A DNA stretch of 64,000 nucleotides from positions 512,001 through 576,000 of the forward strand of contig OZ244999.1 of NCBI GenBank assembly GCA_965223265.1, in the 5' to 3' direction. Under the pieces are notes generated by a model that did no database searches, had not been told where the DNA came from, and worked only from the letters and a program-made list of their open reading frames with translations. A program made the translations under genes and the position numbers. This document shows, piece by piece, positions 56,364 to 64,000 of this stretch. Every line of letters begins with the position of its first letter. The first letter of the stretch is position 1. Origin of the DNA: Planctomycetota bacterium. Lineage in GTDB: Bacteria; Planctomycetota; UBA8108; SXIK01.

Positions 56364-58018
56364 GCCGCAGCAGACCTCTTTTCGACACAGAGAAGGAGGC
56401 CGACGAAGAGACTCGAAAGAGCTACCAAAACAAGAGCGTAAGGGGCGGCCTGCGGAAATCGTGCGTCTTCTACTTGGTGCCACACGCCGGTTGCCAGCGT
56501 CTCGAATCCGACCGGACTGAGAAGCAGCGTCAGCGGCAGTTCCTTCATCACGGAAATAAAGACAAACGCGAGACTGACCAGGATGCTTGGTAGTAAAGCA
56601 GGGAGCGTGACACGGAAAAAGACCGCCTGCGGGGAGCAGCCCAGTGAGCGTGCTGCTTCTTCGAGGCTCGGACGGACTTTGGCGACGCCACTTTTGAGAG
56701 GTCCGACAGCCTCAACGAGGTAGCGCAGCGCGTAAGCTGCGATGAGGAGAGACCATGATTGGTAGACGAGCGGTGTCTCGAACCCCAGCTGCCGACCTAC
56801 GCCATCGATTCTGATCGAAAAGAAGATCAAGCCTAACGCGAACGCCAGCGGCGGAACGGCGTAGCCCAGGTAGGCGCCGGTTTCTATGGCACGCGACAGT
56901 TTTCCCCGGCCTCGAACCATCTGAAAGGTCAAGGGGATAGCGATGGCGGTCGTGAGCAGCGCTGCGGGTAAGCTGGCTAGCCCGCTTGTCCAGAGGGCGT
57001 CGAGCACGTCCGGCCAGACGCTATCGGCATCCGCCCGCCAGCCGCTCACGAACCAGAACCCGATCGTTGCCAATGGAATGATGACCGCCAGCAGGGTCGT
57101 GCTGGCGATGAGAACGTAGGCCGGAACTGCCATTCTGCCGAGCCGCTGTTGACGCCTTGTGCGGTCGACGCTCGCTCCTACCGTCTCGAGGCGTAACCGA
57201 CGCAGGCCGCGGAGTTCAACGGCAACAACCAGTGCGGTGAGCAGAAGGAGAAGAAGGGCGAGGCACGCCGCATAGGTGTGGTCGAATGCAGACGAGTATT
57301 GAGTGAAGAGCGCGTAGCTGAAAGTCTCGTACCCCATGAGACTGACGACGCCGAAATCTGCGAGGACGTGCAGAACGATGAGAAGGCGGCCAGATGCTGC
57401 AGCAGGGCGAAGCTGCGGGTAGATCGCGCGCCAGAAGGCCCGTCGTCGGGTGCAGCCGAGCATGCGGGCGGCTTCCTCGACGCTCGTGTCTGCTCGCTGC
57501 AGCGCAGCTCGAAGGTTGAGAAACAGATAGGGAAAGCTGCAAAGCGTGAGAGTGAGGAGCGAGCCCCAGAACCCAGCCACGCGCGGCAACGCGAACCCAG
57601 TGAGATGGTAGCCCGTGCCGTAATCCCCGCCCAGCGCCCGATAGGCGTAGGCCATGACGTAGGGCGGGACTGCGAGTGGCAACACGCAGAGAACGGTCAC
57701 GACGCGTTGGAGTTTCCATCGCACCCGAGTTGTGAGAAGCGCGAATGGAAATGCGAGCAGCTGACTACAGACGACAACGCCGGCGGCGAGTGCGACTGTG
57801 TTGGCGATAAGTTTTAGGTTTCGCCATTGAAACACCAAGTTTTGCAGCTCTTCGCGATCGGCGTCGAGCGCTCGGATCAGAAGGTAGGCGAGTGGCAGGC
57901 AGACGCCGAGCGCCGTCACCAGCGCCAGTGCAACGACGGGCTTCGCGGCACGGAAGACGCCATGGGAAGAGATGCGGCGTGGCGCGTGGCTCCGGAGACG
58001 GTGGTGCTTCTCGATCAC
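56360..58018 (-). CDS. fbpB: Fe(III) ABC transporter permease
   Basis: Two EEAARxLG loops and MKELPLTLLL. Confidence 0.92.
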   Translation of the reverse strand: MIEKHHRLRSHAPRRISSHGVFRAAKPVVALALVTALGVCLPLAYLLIRALDADREELQNLVFQWRNLKLIANTVALAAGVVVCSQLLAFPFALLTTRVRWKLQRVVTVLCVLPLAVPPYVMAYAYRALGGDYGTGYHLTGFALPRVAGFWGSLLTLTLCSFPYLFLNLRAALQRADTSVEEAARMLGCTRRRAFWRAIYPQLRPAAASGRLLIVLHVLADFGVVSLMGYETFSYALFTQYSSAFDHTYAACLALLLLLLTALVVAVELRGLRRLRLETVGASVDRTRRQQRLGRMAVPAYVLIASTTLLAVIIPLATIGFWFVSGWRADADSVWPDVLDALWTSGLASLPAALLTTAIAIPLTFQMVRGRGKLSRAIETGAYLGYAVPPLAFALGLIFFSIRIDGVGRQLGFETPLVYQSWSLLIAAYALRYLVEAVGPLKSGVAKVRPSLEEAARSLGCSPQAVFFRVTLPALLPSILVSLAFVFISVMKELPLTLLLSPVGFETLATGVWHQVEDARFPQAAPYALVLVALSSLFVGLLLCVEKRSAAA

Positions 58019-59049
58019 AGAAGACCTGTCTCACGGAGCAGTTTGAGAGTGCCCTGTAAGTCGTCGAGAGAGTCGAGATCCATGTCCGGAGCCTTGTCGC
58101 GGACGTCTCTGAGGAGCGGCGGCGGGTTCGTTCCGGCTCGCACGGGCAGCTCGCCGACATCCTGCGTGAAGAACTTTTGTCCCTCGTCGGAGAGGAGAAA
58201 GTTGACGAGCTTGACCGCCTGCGCGCGCCGCTTGGTTGACCGCAGAACCCCAACTCCTGCGACGTTCACAAGGTTGCCGACGTCGCCCTTGTCGCTAAAA
58301 AACGTCTGCGCAACGGGGAAGTTTGGATCGGTCTTCTGAAATCGCAGGAGATAGTAGTGATTTGGGAGTCCCAAGTCGATCTCGCCCGCCGCGAGCGCAG
58401 CGAGAATCGGCGTGTTCTTGGGGTACTTCTGGGCATCGTTTGCCTTCATGGCGAGAAGCCAGGCTCGCGTCTTGGCCTCGCCTTCCTTGACTCGCATGGC
58501 GGTGACGAAGGCTTGAAACGATGCGTTCGTCGGCGCCCACCCGACCCGTCCCTTCCACTTTGGGTCCGTCAGATCGAAAACGCTGCCTGGCAGATCGCTG
58601 CGGGAGACACGTTTCGAGGAGTACGCTAGCACGCGGGCGCGTCCACTCGTCGGCACCCAGGTGTCCGCCTTGTTGCGTAGTTTCGCAGGAATTCCATCGG
58701 CGGTATCCTTCGCAATCGACTTCATCAGGTCGGGAAGGAAGAGGCCGGCCTTGGTCACAGCGCCGAGGGCGCCGGCGTCCTGTGCCCAAAAGATATCCGC
58801 AGGCGTTGCTTGGCCTTCCTCGAGGAGCGCGGCAGTGAGCTGCGCCGTGTTGCCGTATCGAGCCCGGACCTTGATCCCCGTCTTCTTTTCGAAGGCGTCG
58901 ATCACTGGTGCGACGAGGTTTTTGCTACGACCGCAGTAAAGCGTCAGGGACTCCTCGGCGTCGAGCGGCGCAGGCGCCACCAGGAGAATGAGAAAGAAAA
59001 GACGGAATCGGCGAAGGGAAAAGCGACGACGGTCTCGAGTGGCGAACAT
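58015..59049 (-). CDS. fbpA: Fe(III) ABC transporter substrate-binding protein
   Basis: LTLYCGR, EEGQATPADIF, WAPTNASFQAFVTAM and NHYY (tandem Tyr iron ligands). Start uncertain. Confidence 0.9.
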   Translation of the reverse strand: MFATRDRRRFSLRRFRLFFLILLVAPAPLDAEESLTLYCGRSKNLVAPVIDAFEKKTGIKVRARYGNTAQLTAALLEEGQATPADIFWAQDAGALGAVTKAGLFLPDLMKSIAKDTADGIPAKLRNKADTWVPTSGRARVLAYSSKRVSRSDLPGSVFDLTDPKWKGRVGWAPTNASFQAFVTAMRVKEGEAKTRAWLLAMKANDAQKYPKNTPILAALAAGEIDLGLPNHYYLLRFQKTDPNFPVAQTFFSDKGDVGNLVNVAGVGVLRSTKRRAQAVKLVNFLLSDEGQKFFTQDVGELPVRAGTNPPPLLRDVRDKAPDMDLDSLDDLQGTLKLLRETGLL

Positions 59050-59350
59050 AATTGTCCTTAGGAGAACGGTGGAGCTGCTCTTGTGGCGAACGGCGAAGCT
59101 GCTGACTTCCTTGTTGCTGCAAGCGCCCCGGCCACGAACCGCAGTGGAAAACCGCGCCGCGAGGCGGCGGAGGCGCGTCCAGGTCAAGCGGGCCAAACAA
59201 ACGTACTATTCAGCGAACTTTTTGCCCTCATTGCAAGAGAATGCAGTGGAATCCGGGAGTCGTAAGTGGATGCGCGGGACGATCGCCCGTGGTATGGTGG
59301 ATTTTCAGCGGACCGAGGGAGACGATCGCAGGAACGGAGAGGCAAGGCCG

Positions 59351-60745
59351 ATGAGTCAGCGAGCCATTCTTCTTTTCTTCAGTTGCGTGCTTTTGGCGAT
59401 TTCTCCAGCTCCGAAGACCTTTGCGGAGGTTTCCAAAAAGGAGGTCAGGGAGTACCAGAAGACGGTCGCGAATCTGGTCCGCGGTAAGCGGCAGGACGCG
59501 CTCTACAGGCTCGTCAAGGAGATCGCCGAGAAAGACTCTCCCAGACTTGCCACGCTGCTCCTCGATGTCGGGACAGCGCTCGAGTCGGAGCGCATTTACA
59601 ACCGCGCCGTCGAAGGGATCGCCCGCCTGAAGAACCCCGAGGCGATCCAGGCGCTCATCAAGGCCCTCGACTCCCGGAGGACGCCCACAGCGCGTCGGGT
59701 CCTTGTCTTGGACGGATTCGCCAAACGGACGGACGACGAAGAAGCGTTTCATGCTGCAGTCGAGCACTTGAAGAGCTCGTCTGTTCAGATGCAGCTTGCG
59801 GTCATCGGCGTGATGCGGAGTCATCGACGCAAAGAGGCCGTGCCACTGTTGATCGACGTGCTCGACCGTTTCAGCAAAGTGCGCGAGCGGATTTGGTACG
59901 AGGTGCGAGTCGCCCTTGTGGATCTGACCGGTCGAGATTTCGAAGAAGTTGAGGATTGGCGAAAGTTTTGGAAAACCGCGAAGGAGACGCTCGACCCGAA
60001 GAAGATCGATGAGGAGCGAAGGGGGAAGAAGGGCAAAAAGAAAGGCAAGAAAAAAAAGGACGGTAAGACGTCAGGTACGAGCATCGTGCTCAAGAAGCGT
60101 CCTGACGCCATCGAGTTCTTCGGCGCCGAAGTCTTCAGTCGAAACCTCACGTTCGTGATCGACATTTCTGGCAGCATGGTTCTTTACGACCCGTCGGATG
60201 AATACGAAGGTGACGACGAAGAGCGCGACCGTCAGCGTCTCGTGCGTGCCAAGGTGCAGCTTACAAGTGCGCTCAAGAAGCTCAAGCCGTCGACTCGCTT
60301 CAATATCATTTCCTTTTCGCACACCATCACACGTTGGAAGAAGCAGCTGGTACCGGCAAAGCCCAAGCATGTGGCGGCGGCTGTCAAGTTCGTCAGGAGT
60401 CTTGAACCAGCCGGTGGTACGCACACTGATGAAGCGATCAAAGCCGCGTTTGAGGACTTTTCAGTCGACACGATCGTGCTTCTCACGGACGGCGCGCCGG
60501 CGAAGGTTGTCAACGGTCGGCAGCGGCCGGGAAACCCGATGGGGCTGATGAAGCGGATCCTCAAGTACGTCAAAAACGTCAACGCCGGTCGACGTGTAGT
60601 GATCGAGACGTTCGGTTTCACCGGTCACGGTGAGTCTCCCTCGAGCCATCCACAGACCCCAGCGGGAGGAGATCCGAGCGTGTTCGTCAAGTTCTTGAAG
60701 AGACTTGCCTCGATCACCGGTGGCAGTTTTCACGCCATCAAGTGA
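59351..60745 (+). CDS. Exported HEAT-repeat + VWA domain protein
   Basis: Signal peptide, HEAT-like helices, FFGAEVFSRNLTFVIDISGSM, GGTHT and LLTDGAP; poly-Lys linker. Confidence 0.85.
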   Translation: MSQRAILLFFSCVLLAISPAPKTFAEVSKKEVREYQKTVANLVRGKRQDALYRLVKEIAEKDSPRLATLLLDVGTALESERIYNRAVEGIARLKNPEAIQALIKALDSRRTPTARRVLVLDGFAKRTDDEEAFHAAVEHLKSSSVQMQLAVIGVMRSHRRKEAVPLLIDVLDRFSKVRERIWYEVRVALVDLTGRDFEEVEDWRKFWKTAKETLDPKKIDEERRGKKGKKKGKKKKDGKTSGTSIVLKKRPDAIEFFGAEVFSRNLTFVIDISGSMVLYDPSDEYEGDDEERDRQRLVRAKVQLTSALKKLKPSTRFNIISFSHTITRWKKQLVPAKPKHVAAAVKFVRSLEPAGGTHTDEAIKAAFEDFSVDTIVLLTDGAPAKVVNGRQRPGNPMGLMKRILKYVKNVNAGRRVVIETFGFTGHGESPSSHPQTPAGGDPSVFVKFLKRLASITGGSFHAIK

Positions 60746-60970
60746 GCTCGGCTCGTGAAATGTCGACCGCTCTCACCCCGCCGCGACGTGCGCGTTTCGT
60801 TCGTGTTCGCCGGCCTTTACCGGATGGCCGGCGGCGGTTCTCAGGCAGTTCGGTGGATGCTAAGATGGTGATTGCGTGGCGCATGCCGGCGGCCTCTCCA
60901 CGCGATGCGGCCGCGCGTGCGCCTTGTCGTTTGATAGACTTGGCGCGTAGGAACGATTCCGGACGGCTTC

Positions 60971-62461
60971 ATGGCTGATTCCATCATCTGTCGCAGTAGG
61001 ACTCTGTACGCCGCTGTGACTGTCTTGTTTGTCGTCTCATGGACGTCGACGTCGCTGGTAGCTGCGGATCGATTCTTTATCCCCAGCGTCGGCGCCGAGG
61101 CGGCAGCGGCGCAAGCTGCGGCCGAAGTCCACGCTGAGCACGATATTCCGGTCTCAGCGTTTTCGATCAGCTTGCGCTACGACCCGACCGCTCTGACAGC
61201 CGTTGAGGTCGTTGAACTGCTGCCGCTTGACTTCTTCGATGGCTTGACAGATACCGTCGAGGGCGAGATCGCTTACGGCGGTGTCGTCGATTTGACGGCG
61301 CCGTTCACTCCGCTTCCCGCGAGCACGGATCGAGCGCTGGTACGGATCACGTTTGACTTGCTCCTTCCCTCCGGCGAAACGACGGAGCTGATCTTCGAAG
61401 ACGGTCTGGGGGGAGATTTGCCGGTCAACAACGTCTTGACGACGGACGCCGGACAAAGCGTTCGACCGACTCTCGATCACGGCTGCATCGCCCGTGGCAC
61501 AGCGGTGCCGCGAGCGCTCATCAACGGCGCCGAGCTTGCCCCAGAGTCGACCGACGTGATTCTCGACGGCTCGACGAGCACCCCTCCGGACGCGGCCTTT
61601 TCGTGGCAGCAGGTGGCGGGGCCACCGGCGGTCGCGCTCGCCGGTGTCGACGCGCCGCAGCTGACGGTGACTTTACCCGCGGTCGAAGGCGACCAGGTGC
61701 TCACGCTTGAGCTCACCGTGAGTGGAGAATGCGGCACCGATACGGACACAGTGAACACGACAGCAATTGACGTTGATGCCCGTCGCGCACTCCTCACTTC
61801 GCGAGCTGGAAGTACGGCTCAGCTGATCGAAGGGGGGACGCGAGCCGTCGTTTTTGCCGCCGATGTCGACTGGGCAACCCCGCTTGAAGACGCCCTTTGG
61901 AGCCGCGCTCGCTTCGCGTTTGTCGGCAGCGGAGATCAGCGCCAACTTTTAAGCGGTCGAAGCGTTCTCTATGAAGACGTCAATGCCAATCGTACCCTTG
62001 ATGCTGGCGATGTTTCGTTGGCTGAGGTGAATGCGTTCGACGCAGGCGGCGGTTTCGAGTTCAGTCTTGCGCGTACGATCACTTCTGCCGCGCCGGTGCC
62101 GATTCTTCTCGTCGTCGACATCGCGCCTGAGGAGCCCGCGCCCACGCTGACGGCGTCAGCAGCCTCGCCCGTGCTGTTGCTCCTCGTGGCGACTCTCCTC
62201 ATGTTAGCGGCGCTGATTCCGTCGCAGTATCGTCGACTGCTGACGCGCAGCGCGACAATTGCAGCGCTGCTCATCGGTTTTAGCCTCATTGGGCTGCCGA
62301 GTTGCAGCAGCGGAGGTGGTGGCGGCTCCGCGTCCGCCGGTACCGGAGCGATCCAGTTCGCGCTGCAGGGGCAGGCGGATCTCTCGATCACCGGCGTCAA
62401 CACGGGCGTCGAAGGTCAGGCCGACGGCCTCCCCCTCAACGGTCCACCGCTCGATTTGTAG
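60971..62461 (+). CDS. Surface protein: cohesin-like domain, PKD/K319-like domain, Ca-loop beta domain and C-terminal TM hairpin
   Basis: Signal peptide. VSAFSISLRYDP...LVRITFD...LIFEDGLG...VNNVL (cohesin-like), VILDGSTS...FSWQQVAGP (PKD-like) and EDVNANRTLDAGD. Two TM helices around RRLLTR, then LPSCSSGGGGG. Confidence 0.7.
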   Translation: MADSIICRSRTLYAAVTVLFVVSWTSTSLVAADRFFIPSVGAEAAAAQAAAEVHAEHDIPVSAFSISLRYDPTALTAVEVVELLPLDFFDGLTDTVEGEIAYGGVVDLTAPFTPLPASTDRALVRITFDLLLPSGETTELIFEDGLGGDLPVNNVLTTDAGQSVRPTLDHGCIARGTAVPRALINGAELAPESTDVILDGSTSTPPDAAFSWQQVAGPPAVALAGVDAPQLTVTLPAVEGDQVLTLELTVSGECGTDTDTVNTTAIDVDARRALLTSRAGSTAQLIEGGTRAVVFAADVDWATPLEDALWSRARFAFVGSGDQRQLLSGRSVLYEDVNANRTLDAGDVSLAEVNAFDAGGGFEFSLARTITSAAPVPILLVVDIAPEEPAPTLTASAASPVLLLLVATLLMLAALIPSQYRRLLTRSATIAALLIGFSLIGLPSCSSGGGGGSASAGTGAIQFALQGQADLSITGVNTGVEGQADGLPLNGPPLDL

Positions 62462-62589
62462 AGTCCCGACGATTCGGCTTGCCAGGGTCTTGCTGTCGAC
62501 ACGCGGCGCCGTTCTCACAGAATCACGCGGAGACACTGTGCCCTCTTTGGAGTTAACAGCCGGCACCTCAATCGCTACACTGCGGCGTC

Positions 62590-63225
62590 ATGAGAGGCGT
62601 CATGAAATCGTCGACAGCTTTGAAACTTCTGCTGCGTCGCAGCCTGTCGCGTCTTGCGCTCTACGGGCTTCTGCCACTGGTCCTCGCCGGCATCGGTTAC
62701 GGGTGGTGGGTTTGGACACGGCTGGATCGTCAAGTCGCCGCAGATGACGTCGCCGCACTGAGTGTTTCGTGGCGACTGGTGCCGCCCGAGTCGAGTCAAG
62801 TCGACACCAGCTTACCTCGAGTTGTTCGCGCCATCGTTCAGCGGACAGATGGTGGACAGAATTGGCTGCACGTCGACGGCTTTGGGTTGGCTCATGGCGT
62901 CTACGATTGGAACTTCAGCCAGCAGGCGTGGCAGGTCGTCAGGCCCACCGGCGCGATGGAGCGGACAGCGCTCGAGCTCAAGCTTGTCGCCCCGCAGCCT
63001 GTTCCTCGACTGCTTGGGATTCTGCGCGACGAAGACCCACTGCGGCGGGAGGTCGCAGTCGTCGCGCTTCGAGAGCGCACGAAGCAGATGTTCGGCTTCG
63101 ATCCGAACGGTTCGGCCGGCGATCGAGAGGCTGCGGTTGCGCGGTGGGATGCCTGGTGGGAGGAGAATCGGATCGAATATGGCGCTCGCCGTGCCGTCGA
63201 AATCTTTGACGACATCGTCAAGTAA
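62590..63225 (+). CDS. Membrane-anchored protein with a C-terminal HEAT unit
   Basis: TM helix [19 protein letters not shown]; [16 protein letters not shown]...FGFDP...WDAWW. Confidence 0.75.
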   Translation: MRGVMKSSTALKLLLRRSLSRLALYGLLPLVLAGIGYGWWVWTRLDRQVAADDVAALSVSWRLVPPESSQVDTSLPRVVRAIVQRTDGGQNWLHVDGFGLAHGVYDWNFSQQAWQVVRPTGAMERTALELKLVAPQPVPRLLGILRDEDPLRREVAVVALRERTKQMFGFDPNGSAGDREAAVARWDAWWEENRIEYGARRAVEIFDDIVK

Positions 63226-63362
63226 CGTCAGGTAACGCGCTGTCCGGCGGAATCGTGTCGACACGCAACGATCGGTGGTTACAATGGCGATCTTTTACGG
63301 CAGGGTCCGTTGTTCTTGCCGCAGATTCTCGATTCTTTCATAGGGTTCGTAGGAGGCCGCTT

Positions 63363-63578
63363 TTGCCGAAGGACGACATGATCACCATGGAGGGGACGGT
63401 GGTCGCCGCTCTTCCCAATACGACGTTTACCGTCGAGCTCGAGAATGGACACCAGATTCTCGCGCACGTCGCTGGGCGTCTTCGGAAGCACTACATCCGC
63501 ATCCTTCCGGGCGATAAGGTGCGGGTTGATATTTCCCCATACGATTTGACGAAGGGGCGGATCACGTACCGGTTGTAG
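63363..63578 (+). CDS. infA: Translation initiation factor IF-1
   Basis: TTG start after AGGAGG; 71 aa; [26 protein letters not shown]. Confidence 0.97.
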   Translation: MPKDDMITMEGTVVAALPNTTFTVELENGHQILAHVAGRLRKHYIRILPGDKVRVDISPYDLTKGRITYRL

Positions 63579-63646
63579 CGCCAGACGTGAGACGTTGAGT
63601 GACCTGCCGGTGGTGGTGCCAGACGGTGAATTGGCACGCTCATCTG

Positions 63647-63680
63647 GCACTCTGATGAGCACTCCGATGAGCACTCCGAT
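63647..63680. repeat. 12-bp tandem repeat (GCACTCYGATGA) x ~3 between convergent infA and argS
   Basis: Seen directly. It overlaps a small GCTCATC/GATGAGC hairpin. Confidence 0.75.
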
Positions 63681-63691
63681 CGTCTCGTGCA

Positions 63692-64000
63692 TCACATGCG
63701 GTCGAGCGCACGGATGCCGAGAATCGTCAGGCCACTCTTCAGGACCTGCTTGACGACACAGAAAAGTAGGAGTCGAGCCTCTGCAGTCGCGGGTTCTGCG
63801 TCCTTCACCCGCAGAGCGCGGTAGCTCGAATGAAGCGCACGGGCGAGCTCGAGCAGGTATCCCGCCAGCACGGACGGCTCGTAGAGGCGTGCAGTGTCCA
63901 TGAGCACTGCCGGGTACCGTGCCACCAGGCTCACGAGTTGATGCGACTCCGGCTCGACGAGGAGCGACAGGTCGGCCTCTGGGTTGAGTTCGATCCCGCA
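63692..64000 (-). CDS. argS: Arginyl-tRNA synthetase, C-terminal DALR domain (partial)
   Basis: EPSVLAGYLLELARALHSSY...ARLLL...GLTILGIRALDRM*; frame open to the window end. Confidence 0.9.
   Translation of the reverse strand, partial: CGIELNPEADLSLLVEPESHQLVSLVARYPAVLMDTARLYEPSVLAGYLLELARALHSSYRALRVKDAEPATAEARLLLFCVVKQVLKSGLTILGIRALDRM

Noticed and set aside
1-64000. tRNA/rRNA genes, integrase, transposase, prophage or known defence systems
   Set aside because: No recognisable signatures by eye; a covariance-model or HMM scan would be needed to exclude them fully.

Overview
This is a GC-rich bacterial chromosomal segment, most likely from an uncultured Planctomycetota lineage. That assignment is inferred from a tandem DUF1080 protein, a FVRGDAN-type dockerin-like domain, HEAT-VWA proteins, ECF sigma factors and hpnH. 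Most of the window is housekeeping or metabolic: ctaE/ctaF, ferredoxin, mgtE, ROK kinase, amidase, ypdA, aminotransferase, dusB, tpx, proA, hpnH, an Fe(III) ABC transporter, infA and the 3' end of argS. Five things stand out. (1) At 1-12.8 kb there are two back-to-back ECF sigma modules. One is an ECF sigma, an anti-sigma/disordered/YfbK-vWA fusion and two tandem paralogous giant envelope proteins, the second of which is missing from the ORF track. The other is an ECF sigma with a TGAAAC-N16-CGTC promoter, a zinc anti-sigma and a protease-less double-PDZ protein. (2) At 37-44 kb a HEAT-repeat / HD-GYP / kinase-NTPase-TPR operon has first two proteins that share an unnamed N-terminal domain. 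(3) There are three copies of a ~160-180 bp fold-back MITE-like element with IS-type ends. (4) A dockerin-like secreted protein and a membrane-anchored cohesin-like protein both occur in the window. (5) A compound tandem-repeat tract at 32.0-32.4 kb may hide an acidic micropeptide. I saw no rRNA, tRNA, CRISPR array, transposase or prophage. All calls come from reading motifs by eye; no database searches were run.
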